Below are positions 41,366 through 57,091 of a DNA stretch of 64,000 nt, piece after piece (within the stretch, counting starts at the first letter, position 1; every line of letters starts with the position of its first letter). Below the pieces are notes generated by a model. The model searched no databases and had not been told where the DNA came from. It saw nothing but the letters and a program-made list of their open reading frames with translations. A program made the position numbers and the translations under genes. The DNA comes from Flaccisagitta enflata (lineage: Eukaryota), in contig OZ231126.1 of NCBI GenBank assembly GCA_965153355.1, positions 24,614,001 through 24,678,000 on the forward strand. Reading direction: 5' to 3'.

Positions 41366-41786
41366 GAGAGATTTGAATCAAGATCAATTTTTCCTTAACT
41401 AATGTGGTATGCGTTACCTCGTTAAATAGTTATAGCATTTTGTATATGATAATGATTTTTTGATATGTGAAAGCAGGCCTATCATAGGCCATGTCTGTCA
41501 ATCTGTCACTCAGTTTTCCAGATGCACAAATGCTCAACTATTGCAATTCATTGAGCACATACGTTTGCATATTTAACTTTGTTGTAATCTTTTTACACAA
41601 AGAAATCAGTAATTCGATTTAACAACATTCGGATTTAACAACCAAAATTACCCAGTCCCTTTAAAACCGTTTTATCGTATTTCCACTGTATTTCCGTCTT
41701 CACGCAGCATCACTCTCTCACTTTCGCTTTCGCTCTCGCTCTCGCTTTCGCTCTCGCTCTCGCTTTCGCTCTCGCTCTCGCTCTCG

Positions 41787-41850
<64 letters not shown>

Positions 41851-42165
41851 TCCTTTGCGCCTTCTCAGGTGTGGTCATTAGATGATCGGGGAAGAAAAAA
41901 AGTGTTGATGAATCTTGGTCAGCAGTGGCCGACGCGGCCACCGCGGCCACTACGGCCATCGCGGCCTTCGCTAAGTGTTTCGACATCATTGCTATCATCG
42001 ACTTTTGACACCTATGATCATTAACTAGTTGATGTACATTTTGGATCATTTTCGGAAATTATCACTTTGATGAAAGCGTAGGTAAAAAAAAAACGCCATC
42101 CTTGTATTGCACATGGCCAGCAGCACCCCTGCCACCCCTGGAGGCCGTTACCCACAAAAAAGTAT

Positions 42166-42223
<58 letters not shown>

Positions 42224-42628
42224 ATTACTCGGGGGCTGCAATATTTTTCGCATATGGGGGGTGGGGGTGGAAATGTGCGCTTTTACATTGTTTGACTCGA
42301 CCATCAGTCCGATCATATGAATGTTTCGCCTGAAAACTACAGTGGAGCACCGCTAGAGCGCACCCGCTAATAAGGCGTGCCTACTTTTAAAGTATAGAAC
42401 TTGCAGTCCTACGAGAGATTTTGTAGTTATTTCTATATCAGCAAAAAGGCATAATTTTTGCCTTGTTCTTTGGCATGCGCTCTAGCGAAGTTCATCTGTA
42501 GTAAAGTAAGATTTTTTAGTCGCGGACACGCGACTCTACACCTTGCCGTGTCGGTCGGTAGGTCGGTATGTCGGTCCGTCCGTCCGTCGGTCCGTCACAT
42601 TTCTGAATTCCGAGCGGTTTTCGCATTA

Positions 42629-43235
42629 CTATCTAGGAAAAAAGTTTGGGGACACTTAGGGTTGGCAGTGTGTTTCTCTCCTCATGTGCTCAAAACTTGT
42701 CTATCTGATCGTTTTTAGTTATTTCTATATTCATACTAACTAGAACAAAAGAAAAAAATAATCTTAAATCCAATGAAGAGACCGCGAGTTTGTTTTGTTA
42801 ATCACAACTAGGAGGTGGTTGTGCCGTTGTGGTAATAGTAGTAGATATTGGTCATTTTGGCTTCAAATTTGAGCTACTTCCCTTCCAAAATCTGACTGAA
42901 AATCCATGAGATAATAAAACTAGAGCTCAAGAGCTCATGAATGGTGCAATCCGCATGTTTCTATCATAATCTACTAAAATTTGAGAGTATTTCAAAGATG
43001 GAAGGGTAGAAGAAAAGATAAATTCTATTTTTTTTTTTTTTGCTATTTCTGAAAGTACATGATCAACTTGAAACACATGGCATTTCTAAACGGTTTGACG
43101 CACAGAGACGAGATTGCGCTCAGATTGTAGATTTTTCGACGTAGATTAAAATGCTCATGAATTTTATTTACTTATCTTAATGGGAAGTTGAGCAATCTCT
43201 CATTAAAGGTGTCGCCAAACATATTTCCTAGGTAG
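42629..43235. mobile_element. TA-target MITE (CTAYCTAGG termini) inserted into a GACG-family element
   Basis: TIR CTATCTAGGAAAAAAGTTTGGGGACAC / GTGTCGCCAAACATATTTCCTAGGTAG, flanked by TA on both sides. The host reads GCATTA|CTGCTCCTGCCC when the insert is removed. Confidence 0.85.
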
Positions 43236-43403
43236 TACTGCTCCTGCCCAACCGTCCGCGACTGGATTGCCGTGTATCCGGCCTTGTTTAAGTAGATAGA
43301 GATGTTCTTCTAACTTAGTAGGATGCAAGCGGTAAGATGTGAGCATCACATTCAAGGAAAATGAGCGTGATGGTCGACAGAATTCAGAAAGTTGACTTAC
43401 AGT

Positions 43404-43610
43404 GTTAGTCGGTGAGGATACCTGCTGACTAAAGTCCATAATCTACGCGAGGACAGACAGATATACAGGAAAGGGGACAGACAGTATTAGTCGGCGTGGA
43501 TACCTGCTGACTCAAGTCCATAATCTAAGTAGGGGCTGACAGAGGTACAGCAAAGGGGACAGACAGATGTACAGCAAAGGGGACGGACAGATGTACAGCG
43601 AAGGGAGCAG
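43404..43610. repeat. Local tandem duplications (TAGTCGG..GGATACCTGCTGACT twice, followed by 23-bp units)
   Basis: Direct reading. Confidence 0.75.
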
Positions 43611-43922
43611 ACTACGATAATCATCTTGAGGATAGAGGTAACGTTGATGATCGAAAAGTTAAGTAGGGATCAACGAAGCGACTAAACCGTATGCAACCGC
43701 CTACTCAGACACTTAGCAAAGCAGTCTCAATGAACGTAAAATCGCACTAATGGATATTTCTCTATTTCTCTCTGTTTCTTTGTGTCTGTCTGTGTAGCTA
43801 ACTGTCCCTAGGTCTGTGTGCTACTGTACTAGTCCTAATGAGGCTGTGTCCGTTTTCATTGCTCTCTGACTCCCTTTTTGTCTGTCTATTTTTTTTTTTC
43901 GTGTGTTTTTTTTTTTTTTTAT

Positions 43923-44065
<143 letters not shown>

Positions 44066-44499
44066 CCTCTCCCCCACACTTGGCTTTCATTCCCACACAA
44101 AACAGTGGTGATGACGTTTCCCTTCTGTTTTGACGCTGCTTTCCATTAACCGAAAGCGATAATGGTTCTCTGCGACAAACTCCATTTGCCTTTTAAATTT
44201 CCCCTTTTGGACAGCGGCTTCGACCCACCAAACCTCTGGATTTTGGATCATGAAAAAGGAACTAAGCTTTTAGGTGTATGAAGCTGTATTAAGCTGTATG
44301 AAGCTGTGATTTTAGTGGGTTTTTTTTTAAAGAAGGGGGGGGGGGGGCAGGGTGATTGGATTAGGCCAGGATGTTAGGATTTAAGTAAGAATTTGCGTCT
44401 GAAAGGCTAAGAATCTAGGTTTTAGCATAGAAATCTTGGCCTCTGCCTTGATTTTAAATGGGCATAGGGAAACTGATTTCTAAAAACTATATACCATTA

Positions 44500-45107
44500 C
44501 TATCTTGTTCAAATCAAGAGTCCGCGCGATGACATTAAGTCCCCCTTTGGTATCAGATTGATAGAAAACTCTAATTTTTTGTGATGAATGTTTATTTAAG
44601 CATCTTTGGGTATTCAATGTGTTTCATATAACCTTTTCTATGTTATCAGAGAGCTTAATAATATATTTCAGTGTTACCTATCAATTAATTTCAGGAGCAA
44701 TTTTGACCACTTTCTTGTTTTGAGAGGTATGCACTCAATTTGATGTAAAATCTAAACGGCTAGAGCTAGTAAGCTCCGCTTGGCGGCATTTGAAAGCCCT
44801 TTTGAAGCTCTTTACATCGGTCACCGATTTTTCTATGTTTCTGTAACTGATAAGTGCAGAAACATAAAAAATACATGCCTGAATTTCGAAAAGAAATTCT
44901 TGTCTAATTCATCAGCATAGTTTAAGGTGAACTCTTTTACTCTTTTTGCTCTTTAATCCAAACGAATTGAGCTACAATGCTCTGCTTGGCGGCATTTGAT
45001 TGCATTTTTGAAGAGCTTTCTAACGGTCACCGGTTTTCCTAGGGTTTTTTTCACCATTTGGATGAAATATGACAAAAACTACCGGACTCTTGTTTTGAAC
45101 AAGATAG
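44500..45107. mobile_element. TA-target MITE with CTATCTTGTTCAAA termini
   Basis: TA-CTATCTTGTTCAAATCAAGAGTCC ... GGACTCTTGTTTTGAACAAGATAG-TA. The internal direct repeat TTGGCGGCATTTGA occurs twice. Confidence 0.85.
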
Positions 45108-45375
45108 TACCTTAACTACCACACATTTTATGGATCAAAATTGCTGTGGGCCAAATACAATCCTTGGATGACACATTTTCTCTGCCACGTCCATCCATTC
45201 ATTAGTAGCGGGTTACAACAAGAGGAATGCGAACAATATGTGATCTTAGGAAGGCTTCATATCTTTCTATGGCATCCATCATCGCTTATATGATAATGGG
45301 TAGGACATCAGCACTGCAAACTATCTACATTGTACAATGCTAGGATGACTGATATTCTCTAGAGTGTCTCTCACC

Positions 45376-45650
45376 CACCATTTGAAGCAGGATACAAGAC
45401 GGGCATTGTTTGCCAAATGTGATCCTAGAATGATGCGTTCTCTCTCTGCGGCGTCCAACGCCACACATTTGAAGCAGAAAAGGAGACGGGCTCTGCTGAC
45501 CATGTGTGATCCTAGAATGACGTGTTCTCTCTCTGCAGCGTCCGTTACCACACATTTGAAGTAGAAAAGGAGAAGGGCTCTGCTGACCATGTGTGATCCT
45601 AGAATGACGTTTTCTGTCTCTGCGGCGACCGTCGCCACACATTTGAAGCT
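45376..45650. repeat. 87-bp tandem repeat (3+ copies)
   Basis: CATTTGAAG at 45379, 45466, 45553 and 45640. Confidence 0.92.
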
Positions 45651-45734
45651 GGGAATTCTGTTTGACGATTTGCTCTCCTCTGTCCATCAACTTTGCATAC
45701 ATATGAACGAATCATTTTCTTTGAATGTCTGAGT

Positions 45735-47539
<1,805 letters not shown>

Positions 47540-47676
47540 AGAGAGAGAGAGAGAGAAAGAGAGAGAGTACAGAAACCTTTCAAGGCAAAACAGGCAAAGA
47601 GAGGATCGTGACAGTTTTATTGCATAGGGGAGGATCGAAGGAAGGGTCTGGCCACTGTAACTGTGAGGGGGAAATT

Positions 47677-47716
<40 letters not shown>

Positions 47717-47901
47717 CAAAATTCATGATTTATGATAAGCCCTGAGTGATATCCGAATGATTGTATCATTGATTGAATAGGGTAGCAAACAGTGGCAGTT
47801 TTTGGATTTTCCGACTTACCGCCAGAAAGGGCAAAAATGTCAATTCAATCTTACCGAGAGATACTTGTTTTGTACGCGAAATACCATCTTCAGAATAATA
47901 A

Positions 47902-48265
47902 ACAAGGCCGGATACACGGCCAATACCAGTCGCCGACGGGTGGGCAGGGGCGGAAATGCGCGTTTTCCCACTTTTCGACTCGTGCTCACCGACTGACCAA
48001 TGGAGCAACGGACCAACGGACCAACGGACGGACAAAGCTTCTTATAGAGTCGCTTGTCCGCGACTAAAAACAAGACCGGTTACACTGCTACCCTAGTCGC
48101 GTGCGGATGGGCAGGGGGAGTGATGGAGAAGGTCACTGGGGCATTTGGGCAGGAGCATTGAGTTCAAATCGCTCGAAAACGCCGAAAAAGTAAAATGGGG
48201 ACCAACCGACGGACGGACGGACGGACAAAACGGGGTGTAGAGTCGCGTAACACGCGACTAAAAAA
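47902..48265 (+). mobile_element. Two tandem GACG-family (DINE/HINE-like) elements
   Basis: AACAAGGCCGGATACACGGC...AGAGTCGC...CGACTAAAAA, twice in tandem. Confidence 0.75.
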
Positions 48266-49320
48266 ATCTTTCTACTTGAAAATGCGTCAGCTTTGTAAGA
48301 GTGCTGCTTCAAGACAAAATAAACCACTAATTGACCGACGAGGGGGGGGGGGAGTTAGAAAGCTTAGCTTAGAAACCTTTTTCTGCGAATAAACTCATCG
48401 TACTGGTCAAAGTTTCTGTTTTCGCTTTCATTTTCAATTCAAAAGCAACCATATTCTTATTTGCATGTTGCGGCCTCTTACCAAAAGGAATGACACGTAT
48501 TTACCTTTGCTCTTAGTTGAGTCTGGTTAAAAGATTCGCTCGACGATTTCCTCAACCAACATGTTATTTGACCAAAACGACTTTTTGTCTTGATTTGTAG
48601 TGCCATTCTTGGAAGAACCGTTTTGCCTTGCAAGTCCTCGTCTTTTGTAGGCATTGGGGCCCTGGGTTGTGGCCAATCGTCTCCCGACATTTACACTCTC
48701 TGCACTGTGGGTTAAACGACAATACATTCACTGGCAGACTAAGCGTGTCGCAACAAGCGACAAGAAAATATTTTCAATGGCAGTCCGTCACCATCAGCTT
48801 TTTCGAAGTTATCGGGCATCTTTAGCATAACTGGTCCAACCCAAACGCTCAAGTTAGACTTTTTATCGCCACCCCTGCCCACCCCCACGTGACTTCGGTA
48901 GCCTTGTTTTCGTTTCTAAAAAGAAATTGCCTTTAAAATTGAAGATTGATCATCGAAAAAAAAACCACACGTAAAACAGTAAAGTTATGGAGGTTTTACA
49001 TAAAATGCTAATAAACTGAAAGAATTGCATTTCAGTTACATTTACAATTTGCTTAACAATTGTATTGGCCAAACATTATTACCATAAATACCATAATTAT
49101 GAACATTATTAATCGAAAGTTTTTTTCCTATTTTCTTTTACGAGTTTTACGATTAACGAGTTTTAAAAAGCCGTCATTTACGTCAGTTTTGCGGGTCGTT
49201 TTTTTTACGAGCGAATAAAACCAGCGAAGGACCGCCTCTTCCCTACCGCAAAACGACGATTTCTGTCTGAAGATCGCTCAATTACGCAGTTATTGTCAAT
49301 AATTCACTTCCCAATGCGAG

Positions 49321-49357
<37 letters not shown>

Positions 49358-49406
49358 AACAGACGGACAGAAAGACGGGCAGAAAGACGGGCAGAAAGAC
49401 AGACAT

Positions 49407-49455
<49 letters not shown>

Positions 49456-50090
49456 GATACAGACAGACAGACAGACAGACAGACAGACGGGAAACTGGAC
49501 AGACCTATTGGCAGCTGAAAGACGGATGGACGGATGGAGAACTATACCACCCGGTAGATCACGTCGCGAAGACAGACAGATTGGGGACGGCCGTAGAGAA
49601 ACCAATTTCACGGTCGCGTCCGAGACCATAATTGTTGTCATCAATTGTAAGTAGTAAGGGGACACCTGATTTAAATATCATGATTATCATGAATTTTTTG
49701 GTCAATTTGCACTTATACACACTTAATTAGATGATTTAGGTCAATCGCTACCTTCAGATTGTACTTTTTAACACAATAGGCCTGCAAAAATGATGCTTGA
49801 TTTGCCTCAGAATAATCGTTGTTGACATGTCTTCACGTTTTAGGCCATATCTCATACATTTTTTTAGATAAATATAAAAAATTGGTGACCAAAATAAAGA
49901 GTTTTTTTGACGAATCGACTGGTTCTTTTCGCGCGAATATTGGTCCAACTGTTCCAAAGTTATTTCTTTCTAAAGTCAAAAAAAGAAATCTTAAACATTC
50001 AAAATGGGCAAATATTGCAATTTTCAGTACACAATGGATGATTAGTCGCGACTTTTTTCAGCCAACTGCTTGAAGACGACCACCGCTACA

Positions 50091-50615
50091 CAGTCAGCGG
50101 ACAAAACACAATAGGTATATATATCACTCTGTAGGTTTTGATCCAACCCACTGATGTTGAACAGAATGCTGTAAATAATAACTGGTCGTTGAAGTTACAG
50201 CCGGCTGTTCAGTTACAAAATTAGCAAAAATCCAACTTTCACCAAAAAGAATGAGACCTGCAGATTTATAATTCTGATGAAATTCTGAGAAGTTTGACAT
50301 GTCACACATAACACTTTTCGTAAGAAATATTTTTTTAACATTGCATTGTAATCAAATTAAACATTTATATAAAAAAAAATTTCATATAAAAATGTATGTT
50401 ATGACATATCAAACTTCTCAAAATGTCATCAGGATTATGAATCTGCAGGTCTCATTCTATTTGGTGAAAGTTGGATTTTTGCCAACTTTGTAATTTAACA
50501 GCCGGCTGTAATTTCAACAACCAGTTATTGCTTACAGCATTCTGTTTAACATCAGTCGGCTGGATCAAAACCAACAGAGTGATATATATACCTATTGTGT
50601 TTTGTCCGCTGACTG
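50091..50615. mobile_element. About 525-bp near-perfect palindromic MITE (CAGT termini)
   Basis: CAGTCAGCGGACAAAACACAATAGGTATATATATCACTCTGT is the exact reverse complement of the right end; the arms pair to the centre near 50355. Confidence 0.9.
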
Positions 50616-51483
50616 TACAGAAAGTATGGTGCCGAGAGCAGTTTCTCTAAAAAAAAAAACAGGTCAAAACTTGGTCAAAATGGCAAAATCCGAATCAATA
50701 TGTTTGAAACTGCATTTAGCATTCTTGAATTCACAAACCGCTCTTCAGTTCATCCATTAGATGGTCAGTCTGTCAGAGTTACTTTCCTAGGGTTTCTGCT
50801 CCTGCCCACCCATTTGCAACTAATAGGGTTGTCCTTATTTTCTGATCCCGTAAGATGTAGGAAAAACAAGGCCGGATACACAGCCCAAAAGCAGTCGTTT
50901 GCGGGTGGGCAGACGGACCGACGGGCCAACAAAGCGGGGTGAGTTGCGTAACACGCGACTCAATATGTGACGGACCCATGGACGGATGAACCAACGGTCT
51001 GATGGATTGAAGGATTGACAGACCGATGGACGGGTTGGAAAACCAAATACGCAGAATCAGATTTGATCGACGTTAGGTGTGGTTTCATTTGCGATGCTTT
51101 GATCTTCAGAGTATTGCACAACCACCAAAAAAGCAAACGGGGATGGATGGACAGACAGACTGACCGACATAGCGGATTATAGAGTCGCATGCACGCGACT
51201 AAAAAGGGTGGGAGGGAGGAAGATAGGAAAGATAGGAGTATGTTTGTCGCGAAGCATGCAACTATGGAATAAAATGCGTTTTTTTCCAGACAAATTTTAT
51301 TGCTAGTCACTATTATTTGCCAATATTCTTTTTATTTTTTTTTTTGACGTAAGCCTGGTGATCTGAACAATAAAGACAACAAGAACGAGAACGCAAATCA
51401 TTGGTTGAATTTTCTTACACTTCATAATCAAAACTCTGCTGTGATTGTCCTCAACGAAACGTTTTAACTGTTCTTTTTCCCGA

Positions 51484-51920
<437 letters not shown>

Positions 51921-52057
51921 TCCTCGTCTTCGTGAGCAAAGTCGTCGCAACCAAGTCAGCATTTCTAGTCATTGTCAATAATATAACAAAGCAAATAGGA
52001 TGGACCAGTTTTGGCCAATTTCGGCACTCAGACATGCGTGCCACACACACACACACA

Positions 52058-52161
<104 letters not shown>

Positions 52162-52212
52162 TGTTTATCCGTTTTTTTAAGCACGAATTTTGATCAACTC
52201 ATTCTCTCCCTT

Positions 52213-52709
52213 TCGCGTGTGCTCTCGCGTTTGCTCTCGCGTTTGCTCTCGCGTTTGCTCTCGCGTTTGCTCTCGCGTTCGCTCTCGCGTTCGCTCTCGC
52301 GTTCGCTCTCGCGTTCGCTCTCACGTCCGGTCTCGCGTTCGCGCACGCATTCGCTCTCGCATTTGCTCTTGCGTTCACTCTCGCGTTCACTCTCGCGTTC
52401 GCTCACGGGTTTGCTCTCGCATTTGCTTTTGTATTTGCTCTTGTGTTTGCTCCCATGTTTGCTCTCGCGTTTGCTCCCGCGTTTGCTTTTGCGTTTGCTC
52501 TAACAGTTGCTCTCACATTCACGTTTGCTCTTGCAATTGCTTTTGCGTTCACCCTCGCGTTGGCTACCGCATTTGCTTTTTCATACGCTCTTTTGTTCGC
52601 TCTTGTGTTCACTTTGCTCTCTCTTGCTCTCGCTTTTGCCCTGGCATTTGCTTTTGCTCTCATTTTCTCTTTCTCTCTTGCTCACGCTCTCGCTCTCACT
52701 CCCACTCTT

Positions 52710-52710
<1 letters not shown>
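52213..52710. repeat. 12-bp minisatellite (GCTCTCGCGTTY)n decaying into (CT)n
   Basis: Direct reading. Confidence 0.85.
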
Positions 52711-52745
<35 letters not shown>

Positions 52746-52979
52746 GCTGCTATGTCACTCTACCCGCTTTGTTGGTCTATTGGTCTGTCAGTCCGCCAAT
52801 CTCACTTTTTTGGTGTTTATCAATTTATCGACCTTAATGCCCCAGCCCACAAACTCTTCTGAGCGAGTTTATTGCCCCTACCCACCCGCACGCAACTGAG
52901 GTTGCCGTTTATAGACCTTTGATATTTTCTGAACCAGACTTCAGAATTTTAAGAAACTTTGCCAGTGTTGTTGAAGCTA

Positions 52980-53597
52980 CAGTACCTTCCGAGCAAACCA
53001 GGCTAAAACTGGAGGATTAATTTTTGTTACTTTAATTTTATTTCCCAAACTTAATTTTTTATATCTAACTTAATTAAAAGATACTTAATTCCTTGAATAT
53101 ATTTGGCTGTCAAAAACAATAACTCGTGAAATTAAAGTGCATGAAGACATCACTATAGAGTGTTCTAACCCAGAGAATTGGATTCAGCAGAAAATTTTAC
53201 CTATCCTAGACTACAAGAACAGCTCAGTCAGATAATTATTTCAGTTTTTATAGCCATTTAAAGTTTTTGAGGACAATTGTCTCAAAATAATTTTGGACAA
53301 TTGTCCTTAAAAACTTTAAATGGCCATAAAATCTGAAAAAATTGTCTGACTGAGCTGTTCTTGTAGTCTAGGATAGGTAAAATTTTCTGCTGAATCCAAT
53401 GGTGTAGGTTAGAACACTCTATATTGATGTCTTCATGCATTTTGATTTCACAAGTTATTTTTTTTTGACAGCCAAATATATTTAAGGAATCAAGTATCTT
53501 TTAGGTAAGTTAGATATAAAAAAGAAGTATGGAAAATGATATTAAAATAACAAAAATTAATCCTCCAGTTTTAGCCGGGTTTGCTCGGAAGGTACTG
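52980..53597. mobile_element. About 620-bp near-perfect palindromic MITE (TA-CAGT termini)
   Basis: TA-CAGTACCTTCCGAGCAAACC ... GGTTTGCTCGGAAGGTACTG-TA. The arms pair to the centre near 53290. It is inserted into a fragment resembling the 24050-24130 repeat unit. Confidence 0.92.
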
Positions 53598-54955
53598 TAC
53601 TTGTATCGATTTTGTCAAGGGTAACATTTTAGGTGTTCAAGTGTGTATATTTAGTTTTGTTCGTCCGTCAGTCGATTATTTGCTCTTCCCATCATGTTGA
53701 GTGTGTATTTTATTCATCATTTCCTCAAGATTTTAATTTAACTCTTTTTTAAGGATCTTTAGTCGTCATATATTTGGTAGAAAACGTTGATAGCGAAGTT
53801 GAATTTGTAGTAAAGTAATTATTGTGACCTTGTGTTTGTCATCATGAAGTTGTTAAAAAAAATTCTAGGGCCAAATCTGGTGTGTGCTCCTCACATCAAA
53901 AAATGTATGTTTCTACAATGGATGACTAATTTTGCTGATTTGAGGTTAAACATGTGCAGAATCGAATTCCACTTGTCAAGCGCTTTCGAACGATATGCTG
54001 CACTATATATTTTGAATGAAAACATAGTTTTCAATTGTCTGTAAATATTTTTTTCTATCTTTCACTCTGAGCTACAGCGCGTAATCAACTTTGCGCACAA
54101 TAAATCCACCACCGCAACACTGCGATTTTTAACGATGCAAAATCTACAAATGCAAGCATGTTACGCATGGATTACATTGACCGATTTTGATGAAATTTGA
54201 GATGCTGGCCCTACCTGACCTCCTCTACAATATATGTTGGAAACTAGCTGAAACCTCGATTATAAATACCCGTTTCGTTCGCTCAAAGTTGTGTTGATAA
54301 TTCGACATTCATATTGTTGTACCATATTGTATTTTCTCCGCATTTTTTCGACTGTAAACCCCCCCCCCTGGGCTCATGGAACATGTTTTTGGGTGTCTTT
54401 TCACTTAAGTTAAATAGTATGACTAAAAATTTTAATATATACATGATACTTGGTCGTGCTCCGCGCGGAGAAAATGAGAAAATCTAACTACAAGATTTTT
54501 GCGCGTTGACAGAGCCCAGGTTCGCTTGCTATTGTAAGGGCGAAGTGGCTCCTTCGCCGTTCAAACACATTTGTAAGAAACAAACAAACTCGTCATGCAG
54601 AGGACTTACAAGATGCTTGTCGGCAAACTATATACGACCAATAAAAGTCGATAGAATCGATAATACTCCTTATATCATTTGTATTCTATTGTGTAGTCTT
54701 TAACTATTATACCGTAAAAACCGGAACCGATATTCTCTATCCCTATAAAGTAAATAAAAACGAAGGGCGAAGTTATGGTTATTTAGCAAAACCATGTGCT
54801 ACAGACTCCAAAATCAATATCGACAACATGCAAATTAGGAAGAAAAATCTTTCATGAAATCTTTTCTTCCTTGCTCTCTATCCGTCTCACTGTTTTTCCA
54901 TCACTGTTTCTCAATCTCTCAGTCTCTCAGTCTCTCTCAGTCTCTCAGTTTCTCT

Positions 54956-55044
<89 letters not shown>

Positions 55045-55751
55045 TCTCTCTTACACTCTCACAATAAACGGGGATATGATGGAGATCCTTGTATCTCGAG
55101 TAAACGAGGGCCGGACGTGAGATCGGCTCAGATCAAAGTTTACCAGATTTTGGTATTCAGCGGAGAAACTTTGCTGAGGATGGCGCAATTTACAAAAGAA
55201 GGGGGAAAAGAAAATGCAGCCACCGAAGCTCCACCTCAAGGGAGCGAAAAAAAGAAAAGAAAAGCAGAGAAAAGAAAAAAGAAAAGAAGAAGTCGAAATG
55301 GAATCACGGAGAGGGAGAAAAAAGAAAACCCACGAAAACTGAATCCTCATCCTCCACTTCTTCTTCCTCATTTTCCTACTTCTCCATCCGTTTCCTCCTG
55401 CTTGTTTTCTTCCTCGTTTTGAATTTCCTTCCTTCTTAGATCATCATCCTTGAACCTAGCCAGTTTTGGGGGTTGTACGGTTTTTCAGCTCTTAGTTCTG
55501 ATGTTTGTTTATGTCTTCTCAGAGGCATCACAGGAGCAAATATCCCTCTTCTAACTACGGTCGCTCTGAACGGTGCACGCATACATCATTGTGCGCCCAT
55601 ATGCGAAGCACTTTTGAGGATCTTTACAAATGTTGATATCATTTATCCCCTGAAATACCTGTATTTGTTATCTATTTTTTGTGCCACTGACTAACACTTG
55701 CACCAAATGCAGGTACACAAAGACGGACAAACAGACTCCAATGGACAAACA

Positions 55752-55854
<103 letters not shown>

Positions 55855-56508
55855 GCATAGAGATTGAAAGAGAAATGATGAAATCGTTGGATATCCATTT
55901 GTGTCGGGGGTTGAATGACGCGAAAAGTAATTTTTGTCGAGCAGATGTAATTTTGGCAGACGTTTCGAATCAACTTGATTCTCATTTGTATGGAAGAAAA
56001 ACGTTTTCGTAGGAAGTCTCTCTCTCTCTCTTTCTTTCTCTGTCTCTTAATGGTTTTCTGATGCTTTTCTTTTGTCCTGCGCTTTCTCATTCTTCAGATT
56101 CACTCTCTCCTAAGTTATCTCGTGTGCAAATGTGTCTTGGCGCAGTTTCTGTCCTTCCTCAACTTTTCTTGCATTCTATTTTTCTTGAATACCCTTTCTT
56201 CTTTTCCTCCTTGTTTCCCTTATCACTGTCTTTCTTTCTTTCTGTCTCTATCTATCTCGTTCTGTCTCTATTTTTCTCTTTCTTCCTCTATTCGTTTCTT
56301 ACTTTGTCTCTTTCTTCACTTTTCTGGTCGTTAGTTTTCATTCCATCATATCGGTGAGTTCTCTGCACCTATCTGTCCATTCTCTCATGGCTGATAGTCT
56401 GTCTGGTTTTTGTTTTATTGCGTTTATCAGTCTATTCCATCGTTGTCCCTGCCCACCCGCACGTAACTAGCTTAAGTGTATATCCGGCCTTGTCTCCCCC
56501 TGAAAAAG

Positions 56509-56820
56509 CAGGGGTGTATAAAACTGAGTTGCTTTTGATTCCGCCCCCCCCCCCCCCTTGCCTTTGATTTTCTTCCCCTTGAAGCATCGCGCATTCAAAA
56601 ACCTATGATTTTCTTCCCCAGGAAGCAATAAGACAATGTAGTTAAGGTTTAGATAAAGTTGAATTGTGTTTTACTAATCAGTTTTTATGATTTTGTACTG
56701 CCAAAAATTATATTTTCCCCAATTTCTCTTTTTTTCTCTAGTTCCCCCTTTGATTTCCTTCCCCATCTCCAAACCCTTTTATGGGCTTATATGGGGAGGA
56801 CTCAATCATATACAGGCCTG
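56509..56820. mobile_element. Short hAT-like non-autonomous element
   Basis: CAGGGGTGTATA ... TATACAGGCCTG termini with an 8-bp flanking near-duplication TGAAAAAG / TAAAAAAG. Confidence 0.6.
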
Positions 56821-57051
56821 TAAAAAAGACGCGAAAGCAAGTCAAAAGATTTCCTTCCTCCATGAAAGTCAAAGTCAATTCAATTGAATTAAGATTTAAA
56901 TTTTCCGATTGGCGAATTTGTCGAAGTCTGAAGGCCGACTCGATGATGAATTCAAAGACCGAAACTGAGAAAAGCCGTTCGCGTCATCATCCATCTTCCA
57001 AAGCCTAATTACGTCAGCCATCCACGACAACGACTGAATGAGACTGAGAGA

Positions 57052-57091
<40 letters not shown>

